Origin: Armatimonadota bacterium
GTDB taxonomy: Bacteria > Armatimonadota > UBA5829 > DTLH01
Direction: 5' to 3'
DNA: 64,000 bases
Assembly (NCBI GenBank): GCA_039679675.1
Contig: JBDKUN010000033.1
Location: 128,001-192,000, forward strand
Part shown: positions 19,756 through 27,985 of the stretch, in pieces
How the letters are laid out: each line of letters starts with the position of its first letter
Position numbering within the stretch: position 1 is the stretch's first letter
Notes under the pieces: model-generated
Databases searched by the model: none
What the model saw: only the letters and a program-made list of their open reading frames with translations
What the model was told of the DNA's origin: nothing
Translations under genes and position numbers: made by a program

Positions 19756-19947
19756 ATGGTAGGGGATAACAAAATGCAGTCAGATGAGAACTCTACTCCC
19801 GAATATACTCCGAAGTATCAAAGGCTGTCACCGGAAGCGGTTTCGAGAGTGCTCAAGGAATTGAGGGAACACATAGAACAATATCCCGATGAATTTCCCT
19901 ATGCAGAACTTCAGGAGTCGAAACAAGATGAATCGGCTCCTGAATAA
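19756..19947 (+). CDS. Small acidic hypothetical protein
   Basis: ORF directly downstream of res; likely start is ATG 19774 after GGGGA. Confidence 0.4.
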   Translation: MVGDNKMQSDENSTPEYTPKYQRLSPEAVSRVLKELREHIEQYPDEFPYAELQESKQDESAPE

Positions 19948-20545
19948 GATGATATTGCCTCGCATCCATGGGGGGTTCCCCAAAATAGCCTTGTTTACGA
20001 TTGCTGAAGCCGTTTATCCTCCGTTTAACGGCTGAATGTCACCCTGCTTAAAATCAATTCTTTTGGCGCTAGCGTTCGATTCTGACGCGTTTAGCCTATC
20101 CGGGCGTCCCTTTCCCCTTCCTCTCTTGTCGGAATCGAACAGCAGAACGTTATCTTGTGGAACACAAGCCCCTTTACTAGCCCTTTTATCGGATGTAAAT
20201 TCTCCTTTTTTTATAGTGTACACTTTGTTCCACTTTCCTCCTTTTTATAGGTGTGCCCTTTGTGCCATTTTGCGCTTGCAGATACCCCCAGGGGTATTTA
20301 GTGCAGGCTAAAATGTGAGGTTTCCTAATGTGTTTCTTCTACATGCGCGCGAGAGCTTAACATTTCTTAACAACCTATACGCAAGTAAATGACAGGATTC
20401 CAGTTTTCATCCTGTTTACGGCATCGGCGATTTTCCTTTACGCGCGTGATTACTAGGCTTTACTAGGTTCTATGTGGGGGAAATAGGGCTACCCGCCAAA
20501 GATAGCCCTGTTTCTGGCATCATGTTCAGAACATTAGCCTGCCGC

Positions 20546-22846
20546 TTACCCTTCACATCCGGGTTCGTATTCTTGTTCTTCTTCAATTGTAGAGGGTGTA
20601 GAGCTTGTAGAGTCATTTTGGGTATTTTCATCTATTTCATTGTCTATAGGAGAAAATAGGAGATTTGGGTCTACATCATCTACATACTCTACAATTCCGA
20701 TACCTCGCCACCATTTACAGCCTGCCGAATCATACTTTTGGAACTGATTGCGTTCCTCAAGCCTCTGACTGAAAGTGCGATTAGATAAAGGATATTTTTC
20801 TCCGCGTGCTCTTGACCATTCCGCATAGATGTTATAGAGTTCGCTCGACTTAGATTTATACTGCGTACCTATTACGCAACATTCGTCGAAGAAGTCAGAC
20901 AGCACATCCATATCACTTTGATATTTGTTGGTAGCTTCTTTCACTGCTGATGGCGCTCCAAGCCGTTCTGATTGCCAGAGTAAACAACCTTGAACCATCC
21001 ATGCTAATATGCCGGAATACTCCATTCGGAGCTTGTCCGGCAGCATCATATCTTTGTAAGGTCCAGCAGAAGTGCCGGTATCTTGAAACTGCACCTTGAA
21101 CGGTATCAGTCGTATGCGCCGCCATATAGCATTATCCTGTCCGTCTATATGCGGCAGGTGATTGCATGCAAGCCATAACTTGAACTCTGGAACAAACTCG
21201 AAGAATTCGTGATGAAGAAAACGGGCGCTTATTACATCATTGCCCGTCAGTTCCTTCACAAGAGCTTCAGCAAGCTTCTTGCCCGGTTTTGCCTCTATTG
21301 CTGATACAAAACGCGCTCCACGTAGTCTTGCAATGTCGTTAGTAGGTCCGCCTGCTTCCTTATCAAGCAAGGTGTCGGTTCCAGTCTTACGGTGATAATC
21401 CGCAAGTATTTCCCTGATAACGGTAAGGAATGTGCTTTTGCCATTAGAACCGTTGCCGTGCAGCATAAAGAAGCATTGTTCTGACGTGTCTCCGGTCAAT
21501 CCGTAACCTGCTGCTTTTTGCACGAAGGTAATAAGCTCACTGTCATTGTCGAATATTTCTGACAGGAATCTTTCCCAAGTAGGGCATGCTGCCGATTCGT
21601 CATATTCGACCGGAACAAGTTTTGTTATTAGATTTTCTCTTCGGTGCGGGGCAATCTTGCCGGTTCTCAGGTCCATCGTGCCGTTCAGACAGTTGAGAGA
21701 CCATTTATCGTCATCCAAGTCACTTGACTGCACAGGTATGTTAGGACAATACTTTGCCAGTTCTACCATTGCAGCCAATCTTGGAGCTGATTCGGACTTT
21801 CTAATATGGGAGTAAAGTGCATCTCGTTCAGCCTGTGTACTGCAATCCTGAAGAAGGGCATACATTGACCGGATAACCTGTCGTGCCATTCTGTTAACCT
21901 GTCCTGTGTTATCCGGTTCCCATACTCTACCGTTCCACACAAGCCACTTACCGGAATTTACATCGTATCTAAGGTCAGAACCATAAGCAGCAATAAGCCT
22001 TTCGGAATTCCCTAAATCTGTAAGCGGAAAATCCGTTCCGGTATCAGCAGTCGAGTCTTCTTTCGGCTTCCACTCCTGAGTTTTTGATACCAGCGCCGTG
22101 AGCTCTTCTGCTGTATGTCCTGCTGCAATCCAGTCCGATATATCACCCTTCGGCGACAAATCAGGAAGCTCGATAATCTTGATACTTGCGGCATGTCCGT
22201 GAAGTGATTCTGCTACCTGTTCCGCGTGTTTCTTGCCTGCTGCGTCGTTATCCGGCAGTATGACTACATCTGCGCCTGACAAAACAGAGGAATAGGTATC
22301 CTGCCACTTACCCGCGCCGCCGACATTACAGGTCGCTGTTAATCCAAGAGATTCCAATGTCTCAACGTCTTTTTCACCTTCGACTATAAAGATATTCAGT
22401 CTTCGTGATACTGCATCTTTGACCTTTGGTAGCCGATAGAGCACTTTGGACGTATCCTTCACATTCCAATCCCAGCCGCCTTTGCCGTTCGGCTTTCGCT
22501 GCCGGAAACCCTTCGGTTTATATCTCACGACCTGGTAAAGCAGTTTGCCGGATTCGTCAACATAATTATAGGCTGCTTCTATCCGACGCGGCTCTGCGCT
22601 CTGTATTCGGTGAACAGCTTTCGGGAACAGGTCGCTTGCCTTTATGCCAATCGCTTCTGTGACAGCTTCAATGGAGCATCCTGCGTGACAATGCAGGAGT
22701 ATCTTCCCGTCCTTGCCCGCTGTGATGCTCAAAGAGGCTTGTTTGTCTTCATGTGCAGGGCAAAGAGCCTGCCAGCCATTGGCAGACTCCCTGACTCCCT
22801 GAAGACGGGTGAGAATGTTGTCTATAGTTCCCGTCGTCATTTTCAT
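20546..22846 (-). CDS. Phage/plasmid primase-helicase (Zn-finger + TOPRIM + D5/P4-family SF3 helicase)
   Basis: CPAHED...HCHAGC, IVEGEKD, LPDNDAAG, HGNGSNGKST Walker A, AIWRRIRLIPF. Confidence 0.93.
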   Translation of the reverse strand: MKMTTGTIDNILTRLQGVRESANGWQALCPAHEDKQASLSITAGKDGKILLHCHAGCSIEAVTEAIGIKASDLFPKAVHRIQSAEPRRIEAAYNYVDESGKLLYQVVRYKPKGFRQRKPNGKGGWDWNVKDTSKVLYRLPKVKDAVSRRLNIFIVEGEKDVETLESLGLTATCNVGGAGKWQDTYSSVLSGADVVILPDNDAAGKKHAEQVAESLHGHAASIKIIELPDLSPKGDISDWIAAGHTAEELTALVSKTQEWKPKEDSTADTGTDFPLTDLGNSERLIAAYGSDLRYDVNSGKWLVWNGRVWEPDNTGQVNRMARQVIRSMYALLQDCSTQAERDALYSHIRKSESAPRLAAMVELAKYCPNIPVQSSDLDDDKWSLNCLNGTMDLRTGKIAPHRRENLITKLVPVEYDESAACPTWERFLSEIFDNDSELITFVQKAAGYGLTGDTSEQCFFMLHGNGSNGKSTFLTVIREILADYHRKTGTDTLLDKEAGGPTNDIARLRGARFVSAIEAKPGKKLAEALVKELTGNDVISARFLHHEFFEFVPEFKLWLACNHLPHIDGQDNAIWRRIRLIPFKVQFQDTGTSAGPYKDMMLPDKLRMEYSGILAWMVQGCLLWQSERLGAPSAVKEATNKYQSDMDVLSDFFDECCVIGTQYKSKSSELYNIYAEWSRARGEKYPLSNRTFSQRLEERNQFQKYDSAGCKWWRGIGIVEYVDDVDPNLLFSPIDNEIDENTQNDSTSSTPSTIEEEQEYEPGCEG
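20585..20696. other. Candidate replication origin: 3+3 inverted iterons around an AT-rich spacer
   Basis: TGTAGA at 20588, 20597, 20606; TCTACA at 20670, 20679, 20688; 58-bp spacer about two-thirds A+T. Confidence 0.65.
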
Positions 22847-23304
22847 TAAAACAAACTCCTCTGCGTAGTATCGGCATTATCCCAATCCGCCATAAGGAGA
22901 GCCGTTTGACGGCCATACCCTCGGTCAATGGGTTTCCCGCGTTTGAAAAACCTCTCCAGCGGTGCGGTTAAAACCACGTTGTCGGGCAATTCAGCCCGGA
23001 TTGTATGGCAGTTCAGGCCATTGAGCTGATATAATACCGATGTTTGGAGTGCAATACTCGGCGGGTTTCGGAGTATATGCTCGTGTTTTACGGTTTTGAC
23101 TAACACCCTGTCGGGCATTAATATGCCGACTTTTACCTTCCTGCGTCCATCGTCAGCATAAATAACTATTCCCGTTGATTTATCGGTTGGTTTGCGGTAT
23201 CCTGCTCTTGCACGTACCGCTTCCATAAACGGTTGTGTGTCTTGTCCAGCGGCTCCACGGCCTAGGAACCTCGAACCGCTGGATGGATTAAAATTCGTCT
23301 GCAT
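22846..23304 (-). CDS. Hypothetical phage/satellite protein
   Basis: Translationally coupled (TAATG overlaps) between xis and the primase; GGAGGTG RBS. Confidence 0.7.
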   Translation of the reverse strand: MQTNFNPSSGSRFLGRGAAGQDTQPFMEAVRARAGYRKPTDKSTGIVIYADDGRRKVKVGILMPDRVLVKTVKHEHILRNPPSIALQTSVLYQLNGLNCHTIRAELPDNVVLTAPLERFFKRGKPIDRGYGRQTALLMADWDNADTTQRSLF

Positions 23305-23507
23305 TATTTCACCTCCATATTTATTCCGCTCGCGTCTGACAGCATTCTCTCAAGCGCCGGTTTCGGAACCATCCTCATTCCGCCGATTTTGACGCTGGGA
23401 ATTTCGCCTCTATTGATAGCGGCATAGGTGCTCGTTTTTCCTCGCCCGATTATCCGGGCTACTTCCTCAACCCTCAACATTTGGCATTCATTTTCGTTTT
23501 GATTCAT
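23304..23507 (-). CDS. Excisionase / AlpA-like HTH DNA-binding protein
   Basis: LRVEEVARIIGRGKTSTYAAINRGEIPSVKIGG matches the HTH_17 pattern. Confidence 0.88.
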   Translation of the reverse strand: MNQNENECQMLRVEEVARIIGRGKTSTYAAINRGEIPSVKIGGMRMVPKPALERMLSDASGINMEVK

Positions 23508-23539
23508 TGCTATACTCCCGTAAATTATTTATTTTTGCT

Positions 23540-23585
23540 ATTATACGAGTGACAAAATTGGAAAATGGTTTCCGAAAACTGTCAC
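23540..23585. promoter_or_regulatory. Divergent control region: -10 box for the xis operon and a nested inverted repeat
   Basis: TATAAT on minus strand (23540-23545); GTGACA...GGAAA-ATGG-TTTCC...TGTCAC (23549-23585). Confidence 0.45.
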
Positions 23586-23602
23586 CTGCGGAGGATTGAA
23601 CT

Positions 23603-24298
23603 GTGGACGAAAAGGAACTTAGGAAACAGCTTGAAAAAAAAGAGGGGCCGGTGAATGATGCATTTTGGGGTGAATTGAAAAAAGAAGTATTAGGAGAATA
23701 TGATTGTAATTGCTATGGTGATTCTGATGAACTCGTAGAAAGCTTAGTTAAGTTAACGAAGCTTTCTAAGCGTTACAACCCGTCTAGTGGTGGCTCGAAT
23801 GCAAAGAAAAAATACGGCGGGAGAGTCGGAACCGGCTGGAAATATCAAAAGCTTATGCATAAGCAACGTAGGCTGAAGTCTGATATTGAACTTATTCGAT
23901 TTTTAAATAACACCAAAGATTGGTCAACAATCGCAAAGACGTACAACAATACTCACGGCACGAGTAAGAGGGATGATACACTCAGGCGTGAGTATTATAG
24001 AGCAAACCGCAGTCTCAAAGGATATGATGAAGATGCAGAACTCGATAAGTCTTTTGGTGAGCTCCTGAATAATCAGCAGACTCGGTTCGAAAAGCAGTAC
24101 AAACACCCCGCAGCAAGGGTGTTTGAGATAAGCTGCATCATCTCTAATCTTGAACAAAAAGAACCTACGGGTATACGCAACGCCTTTTTGAATTATTACA
24201 GGCTCCTATACAGCAAGTACAAACAAGAGCTTGTCGCTTTAGAAGCACAAAGATGTGCCAATATGGATTCCGCAATGGATACAGAAAATACGCAGTGA
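23603..24298 (+). CDS. Hypothetical protein in the repressor position, possibly DNA-binding
   Basis: GGAGG RBS; divergent from xis; HTH-like segment WSTIAKTYN...DTLRREYYRA. Confidence 0.6.
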   Translation: MDEKELRKQLEKKEGPVNDAFWGELKKEVLGEYDCNCYGDSDELVESLVKLTKLSKRYNPSSGGSNAKKKYGGRVGTGWKYQKLMHKQRRLKSDIELIRFLNNTKDWSTIAKTYNNTHGTSKRDDTLRREYYRANRSLKGYDEDAELDKSFGELLNNQQTRFEKQYKHPAARVFEISCIISNLEQKEPTGIRNAFLNYYRLLYSKYKQELVALEAQRCANMDSAMDTENTQ

Positions 24299-24316
24299 AA
24301 CTGAAGTCGTAAGTTA

Positions 24317-25306
24317 TCATTTCAGCCGCTTTCGTTGCCCGTCTGCTCCTTTATTCAGCCTGTCCCCCGGCGATGCAATCGCATGAGCGGTCTCAAGGTC
24401 TGTATCCGCAAGCTGTACATATCGCCGTGTCATTTCGAGCGTTTCGTGTCCCAGGAGCCGTTGAAGGGCAAAGACGCTTCCTCCGCCGCGCAGAAACTGG
24501 ACAGCGAAGGTATGACGGAGTGTATGTGGGGATGGACGTCTGCACTTAGCCTTTGTGAGCTTGGCATAGCGCCGGACCATCTTTGAGACATAGTTAGCGG
24601 TCAGGGGAATAGTTGAGCCGCCTGCCGAGACTTCTGCGCTTATAAACAGTCTGCAGGGGGCAGTCTCTTCGTGTGAGAGAGCATTATTTCTGACTACTAG
24701 ATAATTATTAAGCAGCCTTTTTGCATGGAGTCCGAAGAATACCGTTCGCTCTTTATCTCCTTTGCCATGAACCAGGAGCCGCTTTGCGTTAATGTCCATG
24801 TCACTGTCAGCAAGCCCACAGAGTTCCGAGACACGCATTCCAGTGTCATACAGCAGTACGATTATGGCTGCATCACGAGTGCCAATGAATCCCCCTCGTT
24901 TTTCTGCTGACTGAATCATTGCTTCAACTTCTGTAGTCTCAAAGGTCGGGATTATCACTTTCGGAACCTTCGGGCCTGATAGCCCGGTACAAGGGTTTGA
25001 CTCAATCCAGCCTTCACGAGTTAACCATTTACAGAATGCGGCAATCACGGTGAATGCTTTATGTGCAGTCGCTCCGTTTTTGTATTTACCAACAAAGTCT
25101 ATAACGTGTGTGGAAGTAAGTGCGTCTGCAGGCGGACAGTCTGAGTCAGTAAACCGCTCAAGCCACCATTCCTTATCCTTGATAGTCTTAGCGGACATTC
25201 GGCGGAACCGGCATTCATCCAAGTAGAATGAGATAATCTGCTCCCAGGTAGCTGTTTGGAGCCGTACAACATTTCCCGCTTGCGCTAATTTCCCCACACG
25301 AGACAC
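24317..25306 (-). CDS. int: Tyrosine integrase of the element
   Basis: GMRVSEL, HGKGDKER, HTLRH, LLGH, TRRY. Adjacent to the right att repeat. Confidence 0.93.
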   Translation of the reverse strand: MSRVGKLAQAGNVVRLQTATWEQIISFYLDECRFRRMSAKTIKDKEWWLERFTDSDCPPADALTSTHVIDFVGKYKNGATAHKAFTVIAAFCKWLTREGWIESNPCTGLSGPKVPKVIIPTFETTEVEAMIQSAEKRGGFIGTRDAAIIVLLYDTGMRVSELCGLADSDMDINAKRLLVHGKGDKERTVFFGLHAKRLLNNYLVVRNNALSHEETAPCRLFISAEVSAGGSTIPLTANYVSKMVRRYAKLTKAKCRRPSPHTLRHTFAVQFLRGGGSVFALQRLLGHETLEMTRRYVQLADTDLETAHAIASPGDRLNKGADGQRKRLK

Positions 25307-25316
25307 GATTAATCAC

Positions 25317-25384
25317 CTTGGCAATCTCCCTCGTGTCCAACATGGCAATCTCTCTAGTTTTGAGGCTTGGCAATCTCCCTCGAC
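25317..25384 (+). repeat. Three candidate integrase arm-type sites, right end
   Basis: CTTGGCAATCTCCCTCG (25317-25333), TGGCAATCTCTCTAG (25343-25357), CTTGGCAATCTCCCTCGAC (25366-25384). Confidence 0.78.
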
Positions 25385-25412
25385 AAATTGAGCACGGTTT
25401 ACGCTCGTTCGA

Positions 25413-25488
25413 GGGCCGTTAGCTCAGTCGGCAGAGCATCTCCCTTTTAAGGAGAGGGTCATTGGTTCGAATCCAATACGGCTCACCA
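25413..25488 (+). tRNA. tRNA-Lys (UUU), complete second copy (attR)
   Basis: Identical 76 nt to 11559-11634, including CCA. Confidence 0.95.
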
Positions 25489-25500
25489 TTCGAACAGTAG

Positions 25501-25532
25501 AGGTCGGGATTTTATAAATCTCGGCCTTTTTT
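25501..25532 (+). terminator. Rho-independent terminator after right tRNA-Lys
   Basis: AGGTCGGGATTT-TAT-AAATCTCGGCCT followed by a T-tract. Confidence 0.8.
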
Positions 25533-25545
25533 GCTTATTTAGCAT

Positions 25546-26361
25546 CTATTTTGATCTTTCCAGCGGTTTAATCACGTAGTAGACCGGCGCGGGGTGATAA
25601 TTTCGCTCAAAAAGTTTCCATGTGTAGTGTTTGCGCTGGCCTGACAAAGGGTCGCCGATCTCAGGCCCGGCAGAATTCTTCGACATCAGCACTACTGCAT
25701 GGCTGATGTGCCCCAGCTTTATGCTGAGAATGCAGGGAGCCGGCATATCTTTCGACGATTTTGCAGAATAGACCTCGATCTTGTAGCCGTGCTTGCGCAA
25801 CGCGCGCATCAGATACCATATTTCGGTGCCTTTTTTGTCCGTACCTGCTTCACTGGCTATTTCCTTCTCTGTTACGTTACCACCGAGCATTTTGATGACC
25901 GTCGCGCATGAAGCGGGGACACAGGTCGATAAACTGGTCTGCCTGCAGATACCGTTCGTCCATTCATTAGAGAGAGTTGAGTAGTCCTGCCGGAAGAATA
26001 GCTGCTCTGCAAATGGTGCTGCCAACATCACCGCCGTAATAATCGTTGCAAATACCAGAATCGGAGTGTTCAGCTGGTTCGGACGAAGTTTGGAATCTGC
26101 AAACATAACGCCTGAAAGAGCTCCGATCAGACCCGATATTGCTTCGGTTCCGGGCAGGCTGCGGAGGTTGATAAACCAGATTTCGTTCGGTATGTTAAGA
26201 AGATAATTGCTTGTGAATAATACTGCTGGGGCTGCAAGCACGAATGCCGCGAGTGCTATTGCAGCGCGCAGTAGTTTGGTTGTGGTATAAAGATAAAGCA
26301 TTCTGAACAGGGTGAAACTGATAACTGCACTTATAACAGCGATTGGAAGGTATCTAATCAT
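25546..26361 (-). CDS. Membrane protein with C39-like cysteine peptidase domain
   Basis: About four N-terminal TM segments; CRQTSLSTCVPAS, SHAVVL and IGDPLSG give the Q-C-H-D pattern. Confidence 0.75.
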   Translation of the reverse strand: MIRYLPIAVISAVISFTLFRMLYLYTTTKLLRAAIALAAFVLAAPAVLFTSNYLLNIPNEIWFINLRSLPGTEAISGLIGALSGVMFADSKLRPNQLNTPILVFATIITAVMLAAPFAEQLFFRQDYSTLSNEWTNGICRQTSLSTCVPASCATVIKMLGGNVTEKEIASEAGTDKKGTEIWYLMRALRKHGYKIEVYSAKSSKDMPAPCILSIKLGHISHAVVLMSKNSAGPEIGDPLSGQRKHYTWKLFERNYHPAPVYYVIKPLERSK

Positions 26362-26580
26362 AGTTTATCCGCCCAAACTGCCCGGAACCACAGACAGGCT
26401 ATCTGTTTTTATTAGCACTTGGATGAATTATAACAGATTGATTCAGTATTTTGCTGATTGTTATACAATAATCAGAATGCGGATGGCCGTTTTGTCTGTT
26501 TTCCTTGACAGTTAATATTCATCAGGATATACTTGCCAAGGAAAAGGAATAAGCTTGTTTCGTAACGGGAGAGTTAGTTA

Positions 26581-26949
26581 ATGGAGCAATCGAGTAATCA
26601 CTACGAAACAGGGCTTGCAGCCATGAAGGCTGGCGATTATGATACAGCCGTAAGTGAGCTTGAGGAAGCAAGCCGACAGAGCCACAAAGACTACAGGGTC
26701 TTCAATTGTCTTGGCGCTGCCTATGCCGCTAAAGGTCGCTTTGAGAAAGCTATCGGTGCGTTCAAATTGGCAGAGCAGATCGCACCGGATAATGCCAGGA
26801 TCCATTACAACATCGCTCAGGCATATGAGGCGGTCGGTATATTGACCGAAGCGGAGTATGAGTATGAAAAGGCGGTTCAACTGGATTCGACCTACACCAA
26901 AGCCGTATCTGCGCTGAAAACACTGAAGGATCGCCTCAACCACGTCTGA
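26581..26949 (+). CDS. Tetratricopeptide repeat protein
   Basis: Three TPR-like repeats (LGAAYAAKGRFEKAI; YNIAQAYEAVG). Confidence 0.85.
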   Translation: MEQSSNHYETGLAAMKAGDYDTAVSELEEASRQSHKDYRVFNCLGAAYAAKGRFEKAIGAFKLAEQIAPDNARIHYNIAQAYEAVGILTEAEYEYEKAVQLDSTYTKAVSALKTLKDRLNHV

Positions 26950-27049
26950 TCTTTTAAAAGCTGACAATAAAGTACAGTAATGAACCCGCAGGTCTATGGA
27001 ATAGTGCTATAGCAGTTTAATCAGCACTATAGGTGGGTTCTTACTGATT

Positions 27050-27898
27050 ATGCCCAACGTCGGCACATGGGCCAAACTCGCCGCTTACGTAGTCTGCATT
27101 GGACTGGTGCTGGAATTCGCGCACCGGGTCTATTGGCGGATTTACCGATGGGCAACGACACTGGCTACCGGACCAACACTTCGCGCAATCATCAGCGCTT
27201 TAAGCGCTGCGATTCCGCTAATATCTGTCCTGCTTGTAACATGGGGCTTTTGCACATATGTAGACCGCCGGTCTTTGGAATCGCTTGGCCTTCAAGCCAG
27301 GTTCGAATCTATGGCCGTCTTTGTCGAAGGTATCGCCATAGCATTTGTGGTGGTCACACTCGTTTTTATGGCAGGATACAGCTTCGGATGGTACAGGATA
27401 GAGAGAAGCAGCCTGTCCCGGCATCAGGTGCCATCCTTCTGCGGCGGGGTCTGCGATTTTTCAATGGCCGCGGTCTTCGAAGAGATAGTATTTAGAGGAT
27501 ATGTCTTCACGGTGCTCAGTCATACCTGGGGCGTTACTATCGCCGTCGTAGGGTCCGCCATGGTGTTTTCTGTTCTTCACATCATCAAACACCCCAAAAT
27601 GCCGTTGATATTCACTGTAAATGCGTTTCTCTTCGGCATTGTAACCGCTCAGGCAAGGCTGCTGACAGGCACTCTTTGGGCACCGATCGGGCTGCATTTC
27701 GGATGGAATCTTGCTATGGGGCCGATTTACGGCCTGCCGTGCAGCGGCCGCGTGTATGACGAAGGGCTTGTCGAATGCCAGGTAGACGGCCCAGATTGGG
27801 TGACAGGAGGGCTTTATTCACCGGATGCAGGCATAATCGGAACAGGTGCCCTTACACTGACCTCGTTCGCACTGATTATGTTGCTGCAGGTCTGCTAA
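27050..27898 (+). CDS. CPBP/CAAX-family intramembrane metalloprotease
   Basis: FEEIVFRGY, FSVLH and LHFGWN motifs; multiple TM helices. Confidence 0.9.
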   Translation: MPNVGTWAKLAAYVVCIGLVLEFAHRVYWRIYRWATTLATGPTLRAIISALSAAIPLISVLLVTWGFCTYVDRRSLESLGLQARFESMAVFVEGIAIAFVVVTLVFMAGYSFGWYRIERSSLSRHQVPSFCGGVCDFSMAAVFEEIVFRGYVFTVLSHTWGVTIAVVGSAMVFSVLHIIKHPKMPLIFTVNAFLFGIVTAQARLLTGTLWAPIGLHFGWNLAMGPIYGLPCSGRVYDEGLVECQVDGPDWVTGGLYSPDAGIIGTGALTLTSFALIMLLQVC

Positions 27899-27985
27899 AG
27901 CCTGTTTATGCGAGGAACTGGCATACGGGCTGTTGAATAAATATCTGTTTTGCATTTATAAAATACCAGGAGAGGAAGTTAGAAA

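Larger units (their letters stand above)
11558..25512. mobile_element. tRNA-Lys-integrated element (13,854-bp unit), phage-satellite/PICI-like or integrative replicative element with defence cargo
   Basis: 101-bp perfect direct repeats at both ends, tyrosine integrase next to the right repeat, Xis, primase-helicase, resolvase, type III R-M. Confidence 0.92.

Noticed and set aside
25317..25384. Three regularly spaced repeats as a mini-CRISPR array
   Set aside because: Repeats are 15-19 bp with spacers under 10 bp, there are no cas genes, and the motif recurs at the other att end. Arm-type sites explain it better.
25413..25488. Second tRNA-Lys as a nuclease-resistant variant
   Set aside because: Its sequence is identical to the left copy, so it cannot confer sequence-based resistance.
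11558..25512. Calling the element a prophage or ICE
   Set aside because: No capsid, portal, terminase, tail, lysis, relaxase or T4SS genes were recognised within the repeats.
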